From a virus (taxonomy: Duplodnaviria; Caudoviricetes): a stretch of 64,000 nucleotides of DNA. Below, one piece after another: positions 48,025 through 57,801 of this stretch (its first letter is position 1; every line of letters starts with the position of its first letter). Location: the IMG/VR virus record IMGVR_UViG_3300033121_001938, positions 902 through 64,901 of that record. One strand, 5' to 3'. The position numbers and the translations under genes are program-made. The notes beneath the pieces were generated by a model. The model did no database searches. It worked only from the letters and a program-made list of their open reading frames with translations, and was not told where the DNA came from.

Positions 48025-50043
48025 TTAAGCTAGTTTAGATTGATTTTGCATACCAGATGTAAATAATTGACTTTGTTTTCCTAATAAACTAGCAAAAGGT
48101 CTTTCTCCTTGTATATATGCAACAGCAGGTCTAAGGGTAGATTCTTTAAATGAATTTTTTAAATCATTTATGGCATATATCATAGGAGATATATCTAATT
48201 TATTTTCTGTTTTATTTTTATTATTATTTAAATTAGTTCCTACAATAATAGAATCATTATCATTTAATTTTATAGCACCTTCTTCCCCAGTATATAATAT
48301 TTTTCCTGATGGGCCTATTATTCCATCTTGCATAGATTTAATACTATCTTGAGAGGATTTCATTGCTGATACTGCTGTTGCTATACCTGCAATAATTCCT
48401 ACAGTAGCTAAACCAAATGATATTGCTTCTGCTGCTGTAATTTCAGATACAGCTTTAGCTTGAGATAATGATAATAAACTTGCCATTTTTGGAATAGCTG
48501 CAGTAAGACCTTTACCAAAATTAATAATTCCCATAACCATTTTTCCAGCAATCCAACCAGCAATTCCTCCTATAATAGGATAAAGTACATAAGCATTACT
48601 TAATATATTAGTCATCATTTCTAAAAACTTACCTAAAGGACCTGCTACTAAATCACCAATAATATTTTTCATTTTATCAACAGCAGCATTAAATTTAGTT
48701 TGGATATCTTGTCTTCTAGCGGCTTGTTCTGCTTGTTCTGCATCTATTTGGGCTAAAGATTTTCCACTAGCAATAGCTAATTCTCTATTTTTAAGTTGTT
48801 CAGATAATTGATCTGTACTTAAACCTAAAGCTGCAGCATATGATTTTTGTGCTATAACATTTAATTGACTAAATTTAAGAGTAGTCATACCTTGTTTAGC
48901 TAATTCTTCTGCTACTCCTTTTATATCACCTTGTAATGCTAGCGCTCTTGCTCTTTCAAGATTAAGGTGTTGACCAGTCAATAATTCAGCTTTAAGAGTG
49001 TTCTCAATTGAAGATTCAAAATCAAGAAGAGCTTCTCCTTGTATTTTAGTTTGTTCTAAAGTAGTACCTAATGCTTTAGTGGCTACTACTGCTTTCATTA
49101 TTTTTTCAGGATTATAACCAAGATTAGCAGCTAGTTGACCTGATACTTTTGCTGCCTCAGCCATAGTTGTTTTAAAAGGAATACCAACACCAAGTTGATT
49201 TCTTAATGCAACAAAACTATTTTTAAACTGTAAATAAGTTTCCTTAGATGTTTTATTTGTTAATATAGAATATTTATATATTCCCGCAGCTTCATCAGCT
49301 GTTAACCCAAATTGTTTAGTTAACATTATTTGAGTTTCTAAAGTATTTTCTGAATATTCTGATACAAATCCTGTAGATGCTATTAGTTCATTCATAGCAT
49401 CTGAAAGATTTTTGATATTAACATTTACATTAGATGAACCTCTTTCCATTCTAACAAGATTAGATGTTAATCTATTAGAATTGTCTACTCCATAACCAAA
49501 ATTCTTTCCTATTTCTACTGATGTTTTGTTAAAACGAAAAGCAGAGTCTATTAATACTTTAAATATCCCTATTAATGTTAATGTTTCTAAAAATGGTTTA
49601 AAAGCATCTTTAATATTTTTCCCTAACACAGTACTAAGATCATTAGCTTTTTTTCTTTCATCGTTTGCTAATTTTAACTTACGTAATTCAGCATCTAATT
49701 GTTCATTTAATTTTCTAGCTTGTATTGTACCTAATAATTGTTTTGATAATTTTTTTTCTAAATTAGCATTATGAGAAATTATAGCTTGATCTAATTTTTT
49801 TCTTAAAATTATTTCTTTTAATGAAAGTTTTTCATTTTCATCAGATAATTTTCTAACCTGTTTATTTAAATCCTTAGTAATATCAATATTTTTTTCAAAT
49901 TGTTCACCTAATTTTTTTGCTTCAGATATTGATTTTTGCAATGAATTACCAAAAGCCTGTCCAATTTGTGCAATTTGGGCATTTAATATTTCATTAAGAG
50001 ATTTTAAACTATCTTGATATTGTTCTAAATCGATTTGATCCAT
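48025..50043 (-). CDS. Tail tape measure protein
   Basis: Long helical Ala/Leu/Lys-rich protein with hydrophobic segments; FESSIENTLKAELLTG; directly follows the chaperone locus. Confidence 0.8.
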   Translation of the reverse strand: MDQIDLEQYQDSLKSLNEILNAQIAQIGQAFGNSLQKSISEAKKLGEQFEKNIDITKDLNKQVRKLSDENEKLSLKEIILRKKLDQAIISHNANLEKKLSKQLLGTIQARKLNEQLDAELRKLKLANDERKKANDLSTVLGKNIKDAFKPFLETLTLIGIFKVLIDSAFRFNKTSVEIGKNFGYGVDNSNRLTSNLVRMERGSSNVNVNIKNLSDAMNELIASTGFVSEYSENTLETQIMLTKQFGLTADEAAGIYKYSILTNKTSKETYLQFKNSFVALRNQLGVGIPFKTTMAEAAKVSGQLAANLGYNPEKIMKAVVATKALGTTLEQTKIQGEALLDFESSIENTLKAELLTGQHLNLERARALALQGDIKGVAEELAKQGMTTLKFSQLNVIAQKSYAAALGLSTDQLSEQLKNRELAIASGKSLAQIDAEQAEQAARRQDIQTKFNAAVDKMKNIIGDLVAGPLGKFLEMMTNILSNAYVLYPIIGGIAGWIAGKMVMGIINFGKGLTAAIPKMASLLSLSQAKAVSEITAAEAISFGLATVGIIAGIATAVSAMKSSQDSIKSMQDGIIGPSGKILYTGEEGAIKLNDNDSIIVGTNLNNNKNKTENKLDISPMIYAINDLKNSFKESTLRPAVAYIQGERPFASLLGKQSQLFTSGMQNQSKLA

Positions 50044-50070
50044 AATATATTAGTATATAATATAAATATA

Positions 50071-50097
50071 AAAAGCTGCTATTTTTTAGCAGCTTTC
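50071..50097 (-). terminator. Terminator-like hairpin overlapping the stop of the shifted-frame ORF
   Basis: AAAGCTGCT-AAAAAAT-AGCAGCTTTT. Confidence 0.65.
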
Positions 50098-50339
50098 GTT
50101 ATGTAATCCGGTATATCAGGTTTTGCTATTTTAGGACTACTTTTATCGTTTATAATATTTTTTTCATTTTCTTCATTTTGTTTATCATAATACTCTTTTA
50201 TTAGATTAAACGTAGTTTTTCGTAACCATAATGGCATATTATATACAGTATTCCAATCATAACTTCCCTGACTATGAAATACTATTTCATGTATTTGTTT
50301 AAATAAATAAGGTCTATAATTCGGAGTCAGGCCAAAAAA
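50079..50339 (-). CDS. Shifted-frame ORF after the tail chaperone (candidate frameshift extension)
   Basis: Not in track. Open 87 codons FFGLTPNYRPYLFKQIHEIVFHSQGSYDWNTVYNMPLWLRK...KAAKK*, beginning inside a T7 run. Confidence 0.7.
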   Translation of the reverse strand, partial: FFGLTPNYRPYLFKQIHEIVFHSQGSYDWNTVYNMPLWLRKTTFNLIKEYYDKQNEENEKNIINDKSSPKIAKPDIPDYITKAAKK

Positions 50340-51075
50340 AGTTAAGACTAATAGGAACAGCTATACCCTCCCCAGTATAGTTTTCATCATCAGGGATAAA
50401 TTTAAGTTCAATATCTGGTTGAATTTTATTATAATAATCTCTTAATGCTCTTGCATCAGGAGCTAATAAATAATTATCTACATAATTACGAATTTCTCCT
50501 ATTTCTCTTTTACCATTTACTGATATTATTATATATTTTAAACGAGTAGTCACGTCTGCACTTGAATTAGGATTTATTTTAAGTAAACCTTTAATCTCTG
50601 CTTCTATTTTCTTTTCATCTCCATGAGTAAGAATTTTAAAAGTAAGTTCATCATTTGATTTAGGAGTTATAAATTTAAATTCATTTATACCAGATTCAAA
50701 TAATTCTTTATTTAATTCTTTTTCTTTTAATTCAGATAAATCAATAAATCCTTCTCTTTCTCTTCCTCTTTCATCAAGATATTTAAATGTATAATCCTTT
50801 CCATAACCAAGAATACGAGCAGCAATTAAAATTCCATTTTTGTCTCCAATTAATAAATCATCATAATTTATTTTTGAAACAATTAATGCTTGTAATAATT
50901 TATCTATTACTGTACCTTGACGAATATAATTGTTATTTGTAAGTATATCTTCTTCCTTTGCTGTCATATACTTCATTTCAATTTCTCCTTTTGATAAAGG
51001 ATTATCTTTAGGATATAATAATCCTTTAGAGGGTAATGTAACTGTTTCTGTTGGAAACTTTGTTTGTTCTTCCAT
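50314..51075 (-). CDS. Tail assembly chaperone / baseplate hub assembly protein (T4 gp26/gp51-like)
   Basis: LPSKG..YP, MKYMTAKEEDIL, ARILGYG and terminal NFFWP; lies between tube and TMP. Confidence 0.75.
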   Translation of the reverse strand: MEEQTKFPTETVTLPSKGLLYPKDNPLSKGEIEMKYMTAKEEDILTNNNYIRQGTVIDKLLQALIVSKINYDDLLIGDKNGILIAARILGYGKDYTFKYLDERGREREGFIDLSELKEKELNKELFESGINEFKFITPKSNDELTFKILTHGDEKKIEAEIKGLLKINPNSSADVTTRLKYIIISVNGKREIGEIRNYVDNYLLAPDARALRDYYNKIQPDIELKFIPDDENYTGEGIAVPISLNFFWPDSEL

Positions 51076-51079
51076 ATAA

Positions 51080-51463
51080 CTAAATAAAAATTTTAAAACT
51101 TAAAACTAATGATAATAATAATATAATTGAATTATAAACCCAATAACCTATTTTCTTTGGAATCCAATTTGTAATTCTATCTATAATAGAGGTAGTACTA
51201 TCACTTATATAATCAAGTTCCTTTCCTCTAAAACCATTTAAAAACGTATTAAATATTGGAATTCTTAACAATGATAAACCTCCTATTAAAAACCAATCTT
51301 TAGTAAAGTAATAAGGAATAACTAATAAAATAAGGTAAATAACAGCGTTTAAACCGTGTCTTATTTTTTTACCTTTTTTAATTAAATTAGAATCAATTTT
51401 AGCTAAACCTATATTAATTAATAGGAATATTACAAAAAATAATATATCTAACATAAAATACAT
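51080..51463 (-). CDS. Membrane protein
   Basis: Several hydrophobic segments; likely start MYFMLD at 51463, just after the ATATTTAT motif. Confidence 0.6.
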   Translation of the reverse strand: MYFMLDILFFVIFLLINIGLAKIDSNLIKKGKKIRHGLNAVIYLILLVIPYYFTKDWFLIGGLSLLRIPIFNTFLNGFRGKELDYISDSTTSIIDRITNWIPKKIGYWVYNSIILLLSLVLSFKIFI

Positions 51464-51486
51464 TGTGTATATAAATATATGTAAAG

Positions 51487-51519
51487 AAAAGGCGTTTACC
51501 AAATAGGTAAACGCTTTTT
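51487..51519 (-). terminator. Intrinsic terminator after the tail tube gene
   Basis: AAGCGTTTACC-TATTT-GGTAAACGCCTTTT. Confidence 0.8.
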
Positions 51520-51538
51520 AAATAATTATATTTATTTA

Positions 51539-52027
51539 TCAATAATTTAAGATACAATAATCCATAGTAATTGTCATATTAATATTAATTGCTTGATCAC
51601 TTGATGCCCAATCATATTCACCAAAATCAGCTGTTTTTACGTAAGCACCTTTAATTATCCATTCACCAACAATATCTCCAATTGGACCTAATATATTTAT
51701 TGTAAGATCTTTTTTATAAAAATCTGAATAACCATCTCTACCTGTAACTGATTCATGTGCTAAACGAGCCCATTCCATTACTGATTGAGCTCCACTTGGT
51801 GTAATAGGATCATATAATTCAAGTGACATATCCTTCCACATTACTTTACCTTTAACCTTACGGTAAACATTAATGTGATGTAATATAATTTCACCTGCAT
51901 CAAATCCTGGGGCAGTTGCTTTTTTAATTAAATATGCTGGAATACCATCAATATAACAAATAAAGCGGTTTGGAACTTTTGGTTCAAAAGCCGTGAACAT
52001 TATCTCGTTGGGATTAATTACTGGCAT
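51539..52027 (-). CDS. Tail tube protein (T4 gp19-like)
   Basis: FEPKVPNRF, WKDMSLELYDPI, MEWAR and EWIIKGA; follows the sheath gene. Confidence 0.9.
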   Translation of the reverse strand: MPVINPNEIMFTAFEPKVPNRFICYIDGIPAYLIKKATAPGFDAGEIILHHINVYRKVKGKVMWKDMSLELYDPITPSGAQSVMEWARLAHESVTGRDGYSDFYKKDLTINILGPIGDIVGEWIIKGAYVKTADFGEYDWASSDQAININMTITMDYCILNY

Positions 52028-52080
52028 GTATAAATTATTTTTATTTTAATTCTATTAATAAATATTTGTTTTTTTAACTA

Positions 52081-53805
52081 TTAACCAGGAAATGTTGCTC
52101 CTGTTGGTAATAAATTAAAGTTAAGAATGATAAATTCAGCAGTTTTAGTTGGTTGAATATAAATTTGACCTACTAATTGATTTCTATCAATTACATCATT
52201 AGTGTTATTTGATTCATCCATTATTACTTTATAAGCATATAATCCTTGACGTTGTACTACTGATTCAAGATATGGATTAACTTTTGATAAGAATGAATTT
52301 CTAGTTACTGTTGTATTTTGTTCAAATACAAGGTTACGAGCAACATCACCAATAAATCCTTTTAATGCAATTAATAAACGACGTACATTAACACGATCAA
52401 GAGATGTTGGTTTACGCTGTAATGTCTTTTGACCCCAAACAACTACTCCACTACGAGGAAAAGTAGCAATTGGGTTAACATTAGAATTATATAATGTATC
52501 TCTATCAGATTGTTGTAATCTTCTTTCACATCTTACTACAGATGGAATACCACCTCTGTTTAAACCAGCAGGAGCAAACCATTCAGCTCCTACTTCATCA
52601 TTAAATGCAATTACACCTCCCATTATTGTAGAAGGAGGACACCAAACAACTTTTCCTAAATTATTTGAATATAATTGAACCCAAGGATAATAAGTAGCTC
52701 CATAATTACTTGATTGCCCAGCAGCATTTGTAGTTGCAGCTGTAATTGTAGTTCCATACACTCCATTATCTAATAATGCAATGGCATTACCTCTTGATTC
52801 AACACATGCAATCATATCATCTGCTGCTGATGTATCTAATCCTATACCAGGAGCTAATAATAAATTAAAACTATATTCATCTTTATTTGTTAATAAAGTA
52901 AATGCAATATTAAAATTATCAGGATGAAAACCTTGAATGTTTGTTGTAGTAATATTTTCATTCATTAATTTTTGTAAACCTGTATCTGCAGCTCCCCCAC
53001 TAAATGAACCACCAAAAGAACCACTACCTACTGCAGGTAAAGTATTTGCATAAATTGAAGATTTGAAATTACCATTATTATCTATTGAATCTACGTTTGG
53101 TGTAACAATACTTGCTACACGAACATATTGAGAAGCATTTTTAAAACTACCTGTATAATTTACATATCCATTTGTTACATCATAAACAGGTTTTAAATCA
53201 CCAATTACACGAGAAACAAAGTTTGGAAGTTGAGGATCTAAACTCATGTTAGCCCAAGTTTCTAAAACATTCTTTTGAGCATTATTATCATCACCTCTAC
53301 GAATTATAAGAGAAAAAGTACCACTGCCAGTATTAACGTTTGTTATTTCCCAACGTACATTTAAAGCAGAACCACTATCTAAAGCTCCACTTACCATACT
53401 TGAAGTATTATTCATTTGATTACCCCAAGAAAGAACTTCTAATTGAAAAGATGAAGTTAAAGCAGGATTTGCAGCATTATAAGCCGAAACGTTAGCTGTA
53501 GCATAAGTGCTAATATTATTAGAACCACTTATAATTCTAGTTACTAATAATGATTTACCACCATTTTGGAAATATTCTCTTGCTGCCATTGATGTGAAAT
53601 ATTCATAATAATAGCTTCCACTTTTAAAAATATCACCAAATAATGATAAATATTGGTTATAAGTAGTTACATATGTGGGTACATATGGACGTCCACTAAC
53701 TGTAGGTCCTACTATAGCTGCACCTAATGCAGCAGGGGCTTGAGTATATAAACTTTGGTCTGATTCAATCTGGAATACACCAGGAGAAAGAATAACTTCT
53801 GACAT
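52081..53805 (-). CDS. Tail sheath protein (T4 gp18-like)
   Basis: SPGVF..E.D, YYPWV, WFAPAGLNRG, WGQKTL, RVNVRRLL and FVFEQN-type C-terminus. Confidence 0.95.
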   Translation of the reverse strand: MSEVILSPGVFQIESDQSLYTQAPAALGAAIVGPTVSGRPYVPTYVTTYNQYLSLFGDIFKSGSYYYEYFTSMAAREYFQNGGKSLLVTRIISGSNNISTYATANVSAYNAANPALTSSFQLEVLSWGNQMNNTSSMVSGALDSGSALNVRWEITNVNTGSGTFSLIIRRGDDNNAQKNVLETWANMSLDPQLPNFVSRVIGDLKPVYDVTNGYVNYTGSFKNASQYVRVASIVTPNVDSIDNNGNFKSSIYANTLPAVGSGSFGGSFSGGAADTGLQKLMNENITTTNIQGFHPDNFNIAFTLLTNKDEYSFNLLLAPGIGLDTSAADDMIACVESRGNAIALLDNGVYGTTITAATTNAAGQSSNYGATYYPWVQLYSNNLGKVVWCPPSTIMGGVIAFNDEVGAEWFAPAGLNRGGIPSVVRCERRLQQSDRDTLYNSNVNPIATFPRSGVVVWGQKTLQRKPTSLDRVNVRRLLIALKGFIGDVARNLVFEQNTTVTRNSFLSKVNPYLESVVQRQGLYAYKVIMDESNNTNDVIDRNQLVGQIYIQPTKTAEFIILNFNLLPTGATFPG

Positions 53806-53889
53806 TTTATGTAATTAATTTAATTTAGAATTATCTATCAATAAATATCTATAAATCCATATAAAATGCAAGAAATATAATAAATCTAT

Positions 53890-54138
53890 TTATGGATTAA
53901 TGGGAGTTATTATTCCTGTTTCCATATCAATATTTCCATTTCCGTAATTCTTTTGAAGAAATGAAGTAAATTCTTTTTCTTCATTACTGATTTTAGTAAT
54001 TGATTGTAATAGATTATTTTTATAATTTATTAAATCATTTAGTTGTATTTCAATACTACCAATTTCAAATGCAAGAGTATTAAATTCTTTTTGCATTTTT
54101 TTAATTTTTTCTAATTCTTCGTTTGTTAATTTTTTCAT
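53890..54138 (-). CDS. coiled-coil hypothetical protein
   Basis: Heptad pattern; ends YGNGNIDMETG. Confidence 0.6.
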   Translation of the reverse strand: MKKLTNEELEKIKKMQKEFNTLAFEIGSIEIQLNDLINYKNNLLQSITKISNEEKEFTSFLQKNYGNGNIDMETGIITPINP

Positions 54139-54144
54139 ATAAAT

Positions 54145-54372
54145 TTATTTTTTCCATTTCTTTTTAGGACATGAATCTTTATTAGGGGAAAATATTTTCC
54201 CTTTTAATGGACATCCGCATAAATCACAAACATAAGTATCTAAAAAGTTTATATATTTTTTAAATTCACATTTATTACATTCTGATATACGATGTTCTGC
54301 TATTTCTTTTTGTTCAAAAGTTGGATTAAGTGAAGAAACCCATGATTTAGTTATTTCTACAAATTTATTCAT
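54145..54372 (-). CDS. Cys-rich small protein
   Basis: R...CNKC...CDLCGCPL..K......CP...W. Confidence 0.65.
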   Translation of the reverse strand: MNKFVEITKSWVSSLNPTFEQKEIAEHRISECNKCEFKKYINFLDTYVCDLCGCPLKGKIFSPNKDSCPKKKWKK

Positions 54373-54377
54373 TTATT

Positions 54378-54409
54378 ATAATATAAGTAAAAAATTAGAA
54401 AAAAACAAA
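54378..54409 (-). promoter_or_regulatory. Bacteroidota-type promoter inside the structural region
   Basis: TTTG-N20-TATATTAT. Confidence 0.65.
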
Positions 54410-54410
54410 T

Positions 54411-55010
54411 TTAATTTATATCATATAATCCTGGATTATAACCAAATGGTACTGGATATGTAAAAGGTGAAGCTCCAAAATTAGCTGTTACTGAATTTAT
54501 TCCAAACCCTGATGAAAAGGCAACATAAAAGATAGATGAAGATAAACCATCAAATGCTACTCCAAAATTAGTATTATTTCTTCTCCATGATATTTGTTTA
54601 TAATCTAAATTAATTAATATAGATAATATATCACCATTTGCTAAAGCAGTTCCATAAGAACTATCAACATTATTGTATTTTTTTTGTCCAACATCATTAT
54701 ATCCATAACCTGCTGTTGTAGCACCACATAAAGCAGATAATGATTCTGAAGTAGTTTCTATTCCATGAGATACAGAATTAACTATTGTTCCATTTATTAT
54801 TAATTCAATATACCATTTTCCTGTTGATTTTCCTATTGTACTTCTACATGCTTGATTACTTGTATTAGTTGAAGTTGCTGTTAAATTATTATTAGTTAAA
54901 GTAATATTAGAATCTTTATCACTAGAATTCCATGTAGCATAGGTTATATTTCCTACAGGATTAATAGATGATTTTTTTAAACTATTAAAATATAATTGTA
55001 AAGGATTCAT
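54411..55010 (-). CDS. SPRY/concanavalin-like domain tail-associated protein
   Basis: TWN...ITLTNNNLTAT, KSTGKWYIE, GDILSILINLD and NFGASPF..PVPFGY. Confidence 0.7.
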   Translation of the reverse strand: MNPLQLYFNSLKKSSINPVGNITYATWNSSDKDSNITLTNNNLTATSTNTSNQACRSTIGKSTGKWYIELIINGTIVNSVSHGIETTSESLSALCGATTAGYGYNDVGQKKYNNVDSSYGTALANGDILSILINLDYKQISWRRNNTNFGVAFDGLSSSIFYVAFSSGFGINSVTANFGASPFTYPVPFGYNPGLYDIN

Positions 55011-55013
55011 AAA

Positions 55014-56105
55014 TTATACCATATTTGCTTTCTCATATATAAAACGAGATCCAGAAAATAAAGTTGCAACATTACTAGTAACAGTTGCTAATTGTATCGT
55101 TACAAATCCTGCACTACTGCTATTTTGGACCATAAATGTTAATCTAAAAGGTTGTCTTAAACCAGTAGCTGTATTTATTGTTTGTAATAGATTTGATGAC
55201 GTTATTAAACTTCTAGTTACCATAGTTAAATTAGAAGTACCAGGTCCCCATTGTTCTCCTAAAATTGTAGAACCAGTAGGGGTACTTATTCCAAATTTTA
55301 AACCAGTAGCAGTAGTTGCTTTTTGGCAACTTCCTTCTAATACACAATAATAAGCTTCAAAGGGCTGGATTGCAAAAGCTAAAGGAGTATTAGAAGCTGA
55401 TGTAGCAGCAGTAGTATAATTTGATGATAATATTTGAGAATTACTCTGAGTAGAAGCTGTACTTCTCCACTCATAAGATCCACTTCTATACCATGTTACT
55501 AATGTTGTGCTAGAATTAGGAGAAGGATTTAAATTAACTGAACTGCTTGTTAAACTATCAATAGGAACATATAATATTCTATTTCCTGTTGAATCTTGAA
55601 CTACAAGTAAACTATAATAATCTCCATCTTGTGACCCAGATATAACTAAAGATCTAGTAGCTCCTCCTAAAGTAACTTTAGCATTATATGAAGATGAAAC
55701 ATACCATGTTATAGTAGTATTATCTGTAAGAATATTTAATGCTTTACTTGCAGATAATACACTTCCATTTACTATAAACAAATTATCACTTGTAGTAATA
55801 CTACCTCCACTATTAGGAGCCCACGATGCGGAAATAGCATATGAAGCTGTTGATGCAAAACTTGCGCTTGTAATAGAACCTTCTAAATAAGAAGCAGTTG
55901 TAGCAAATGATGCGCTTATAGCATTTGTTATTGATCCAGAAAAGTATGAAGCTGTTTGAGCATTTTTAACCCATGATGCTGTTGATGCAAAAGAAGATGT
56001 ACCAAATAATGAACCTGTTATTCCATTGGTTACATTAAGAGAACCTGTTATTGATGAATCTTTTTGGGCAATTAACCCATTACGAGCTATAAATTCGTTT
56101 GGCAT
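55014..56105 (-). CDS. Tail fibre-like protein with Ser/Ala/Thr repeats
   Basis: MPNEFIARNGL...TGSL.GTSSFASTASW repeats. Confidence 0.6.
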   Translation of the reverse strand: MPNEFIARNGLIAQKDSSITGSLNVTNGITGSLFGTSSFASTASWVKNAQTASYFSGSITNAISASFATTASYLEGSITSASFASTASYAISASWAPNSGGSITTSDNLFIVNGSVLSASKALNILTDNTTITWYVSSSYNAKVTLGGATRSLVISGSQDGDYYSLLVVQDSTGNRILYVPIDSLTSSSVNLNPSPNSSTTLVTWYRSGSYEWRSTASTQSNSQILSSNYTTAATSASNTPLAFAIQPFEAYYCVLEGSCQKATTATGLKFGISTPTGSTILGEQWGPGTSNLTMVTRSLITSSNLLQTINTATGLRQPFRLTFMVQNSSSAGFVTIQLATVTSNVATLFSGSRFIYEKANMV

Positions 56106-56152
56106 TATTTTTGTTTTAGTTCACTTTCCCTAAAACGGGTTTATAATAAATA

Positions 56153-57790
56153 TTATAAAAGATTAATTACTGTTCTAATAGTCCAATTTTCAGATGGTAA
56201 AACTGTAGATAAAATAATATTTGAATTATTTATTGAAGCTGTTAATACTACTAAGGATGTATTACCAATATCTAATGTTGAAATATCAGTATATTGTATA
56301 CTACTAGTATTCCATACAGCAATAAATTGTCCAGCTCTAGTATTTGAACCTGAAAATATTGTATAATTATAAAATGCTGAATTAAATGAACCTGTATTAT
56401 TTACAGATATAGTAAATGAACTAGAAGTTGCAGAAGAAGTATTATTATTTTTCCATATAGATTGACTTATTTGGAAATTATTTCTTATATAAAAATTATC
56501 TGCACTACTTGCTGTTTGAGCAAATGAAGCACTTAATACATTTGTTATACTACCAGACCAGTAGCTTGCAGTTGATGCAAAACTTGCGCTTGTAATAGAA
56601 CCTTCTAAATAAGAAGCAGTTGAAGAATAACTTGAACTTATTGCATTTGAAATACTTCCTGAGAAGTATGAAGCTGTTTGAGCATTTTTAACCCATGATG
56701 CTGTTGATGCAAAAGAAGCACTTAAAGTATTTATAATTGAACCACTCCAATAGGATGCAGTTAAAGAATAAGATGCACTTAAAACATTTGTAATACTTCC
56801 ACTCCAATAAGATGCTGTTTGTGCGTTTTGAACATAAGAAGCAGTTGTAGCACTTCCTGATAAAGAACCTGTTATTGATCCTGAAATTATTAAACTTCCT
56901 GTTAATCTTAATATTTGATTTAAATTATTTAAATAAGAAGAGGTTGATGCAAAAGAAGCAGATAATGCGTTTGTAATTGAACCAGACCAGTAGCTTGCTG
57001 TTTGAGCATTTTTAACCCATGAAGCTGTTTCTGCTTGACTTGATGATAATGTGTTTGTAATACTTCCACTCCAATAAGATGCTGTTGTAGTATATGAAGA
57101 TGTACCAAATAATGAACCTGTTATACTACCACTTACTCTAAGAGAACCAGTAATTATAACAACACTTCCAGTTATTACTTGAAATACATAAACACTACCT
57201 GATAATATAGCATATATATTTTCTGATGAACCTGAATCATTTACTTCTATTATAGGTCCATTAGTACCTGAAATTGAAAATAATACAGATCCACTTCCTT
57301 TAATATCTAAACTTCCAGATATTTTGGCAGAACCTGTAAAAGGAAAAAGAGTAGAATTAGCAGCATAACTTGCTGTTATAGCATATGATGCACTTGTTGC
57401 ATTAGATATACTACCAGAAAAGTATGAAGCTGTTTGAGCATTTTTAACCCATGAAGCTGTTTCTGCTTGAGATGAACTTAAAGAATTTATTATACTACCT
57501 GACCAATATGAAGCACTTTGTGAATTTCGAACCCAAGAAGAAGTTGATGCAAAAGAAGCAGATAATGCGTTTGTAATACTTCCACTCCAATAAGATGCTG
57601 TTTGTGCTAAATTTACCCAGGATGAAGTTGTAGAATAAGACGAACTTAAAACATTAATTATACTGCCAGACCAATATGAAGTAGTAACAGAATAAGATGC
57701 AGTTCCTAACAAAGAACCTGTTAAGGAACCTGTTATAGAATTTGCTTCTAATACTTTAAAACTACCTGAATCTGAATAATATATTGCCAT
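56153..57790 (-). CDS. Tail fibre-like protein dominated by TASYWSGSI.N..SAS repeats
   Basis: Many imperfect repeats of about 15-18 aa. Confidence 0.65.
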   Translation of the reverse strand: MAIYYSDSGSFKVLEANSITGSLTGSLLGTASYSVTTSYWSGSIINVLSSSYSTTSSWVNLAQTASYWSGSITNALSASFASTSSWVRNSQSASYWSGSIINSLSSSQAETASWVKNAQTASYFSGSISNATSASYAITASYAANSTLFPFTGSAKISGSLDIKGSGSVLFSISGTNGPIIEVNDSGSSENIYAILSGSVYVFQVITGSVVIITGSLRVSGSITGSLFGTSSYTTTASYWSGSITNTLSSSQAETASWVKNAQTASYWSGSITNALSASFASTSSYLNNLNQILRLTGSLIISGSITGSLSGSATTASYVQNAQTASYWSGSITNVLSASYSLTASYWSGSIINTLSASFASTASWVKNAQTASYFSGSISNAISSSYSSTASYLEGSITSASFASTASYWSGSITNVLSASFAQTASSADNFYIRNNFQISQSIWKNNNTSSATSSSFTISVNNTGSFNSAFYNYTIFSGSNTRAGQFIAVWNTSSIQYTDISTLDIGNTSLVVLTASINNSNIILSTVLPSENWTIRTVINLL

Positions 57791-57801
57791 ATCGATAAAT
57801 A

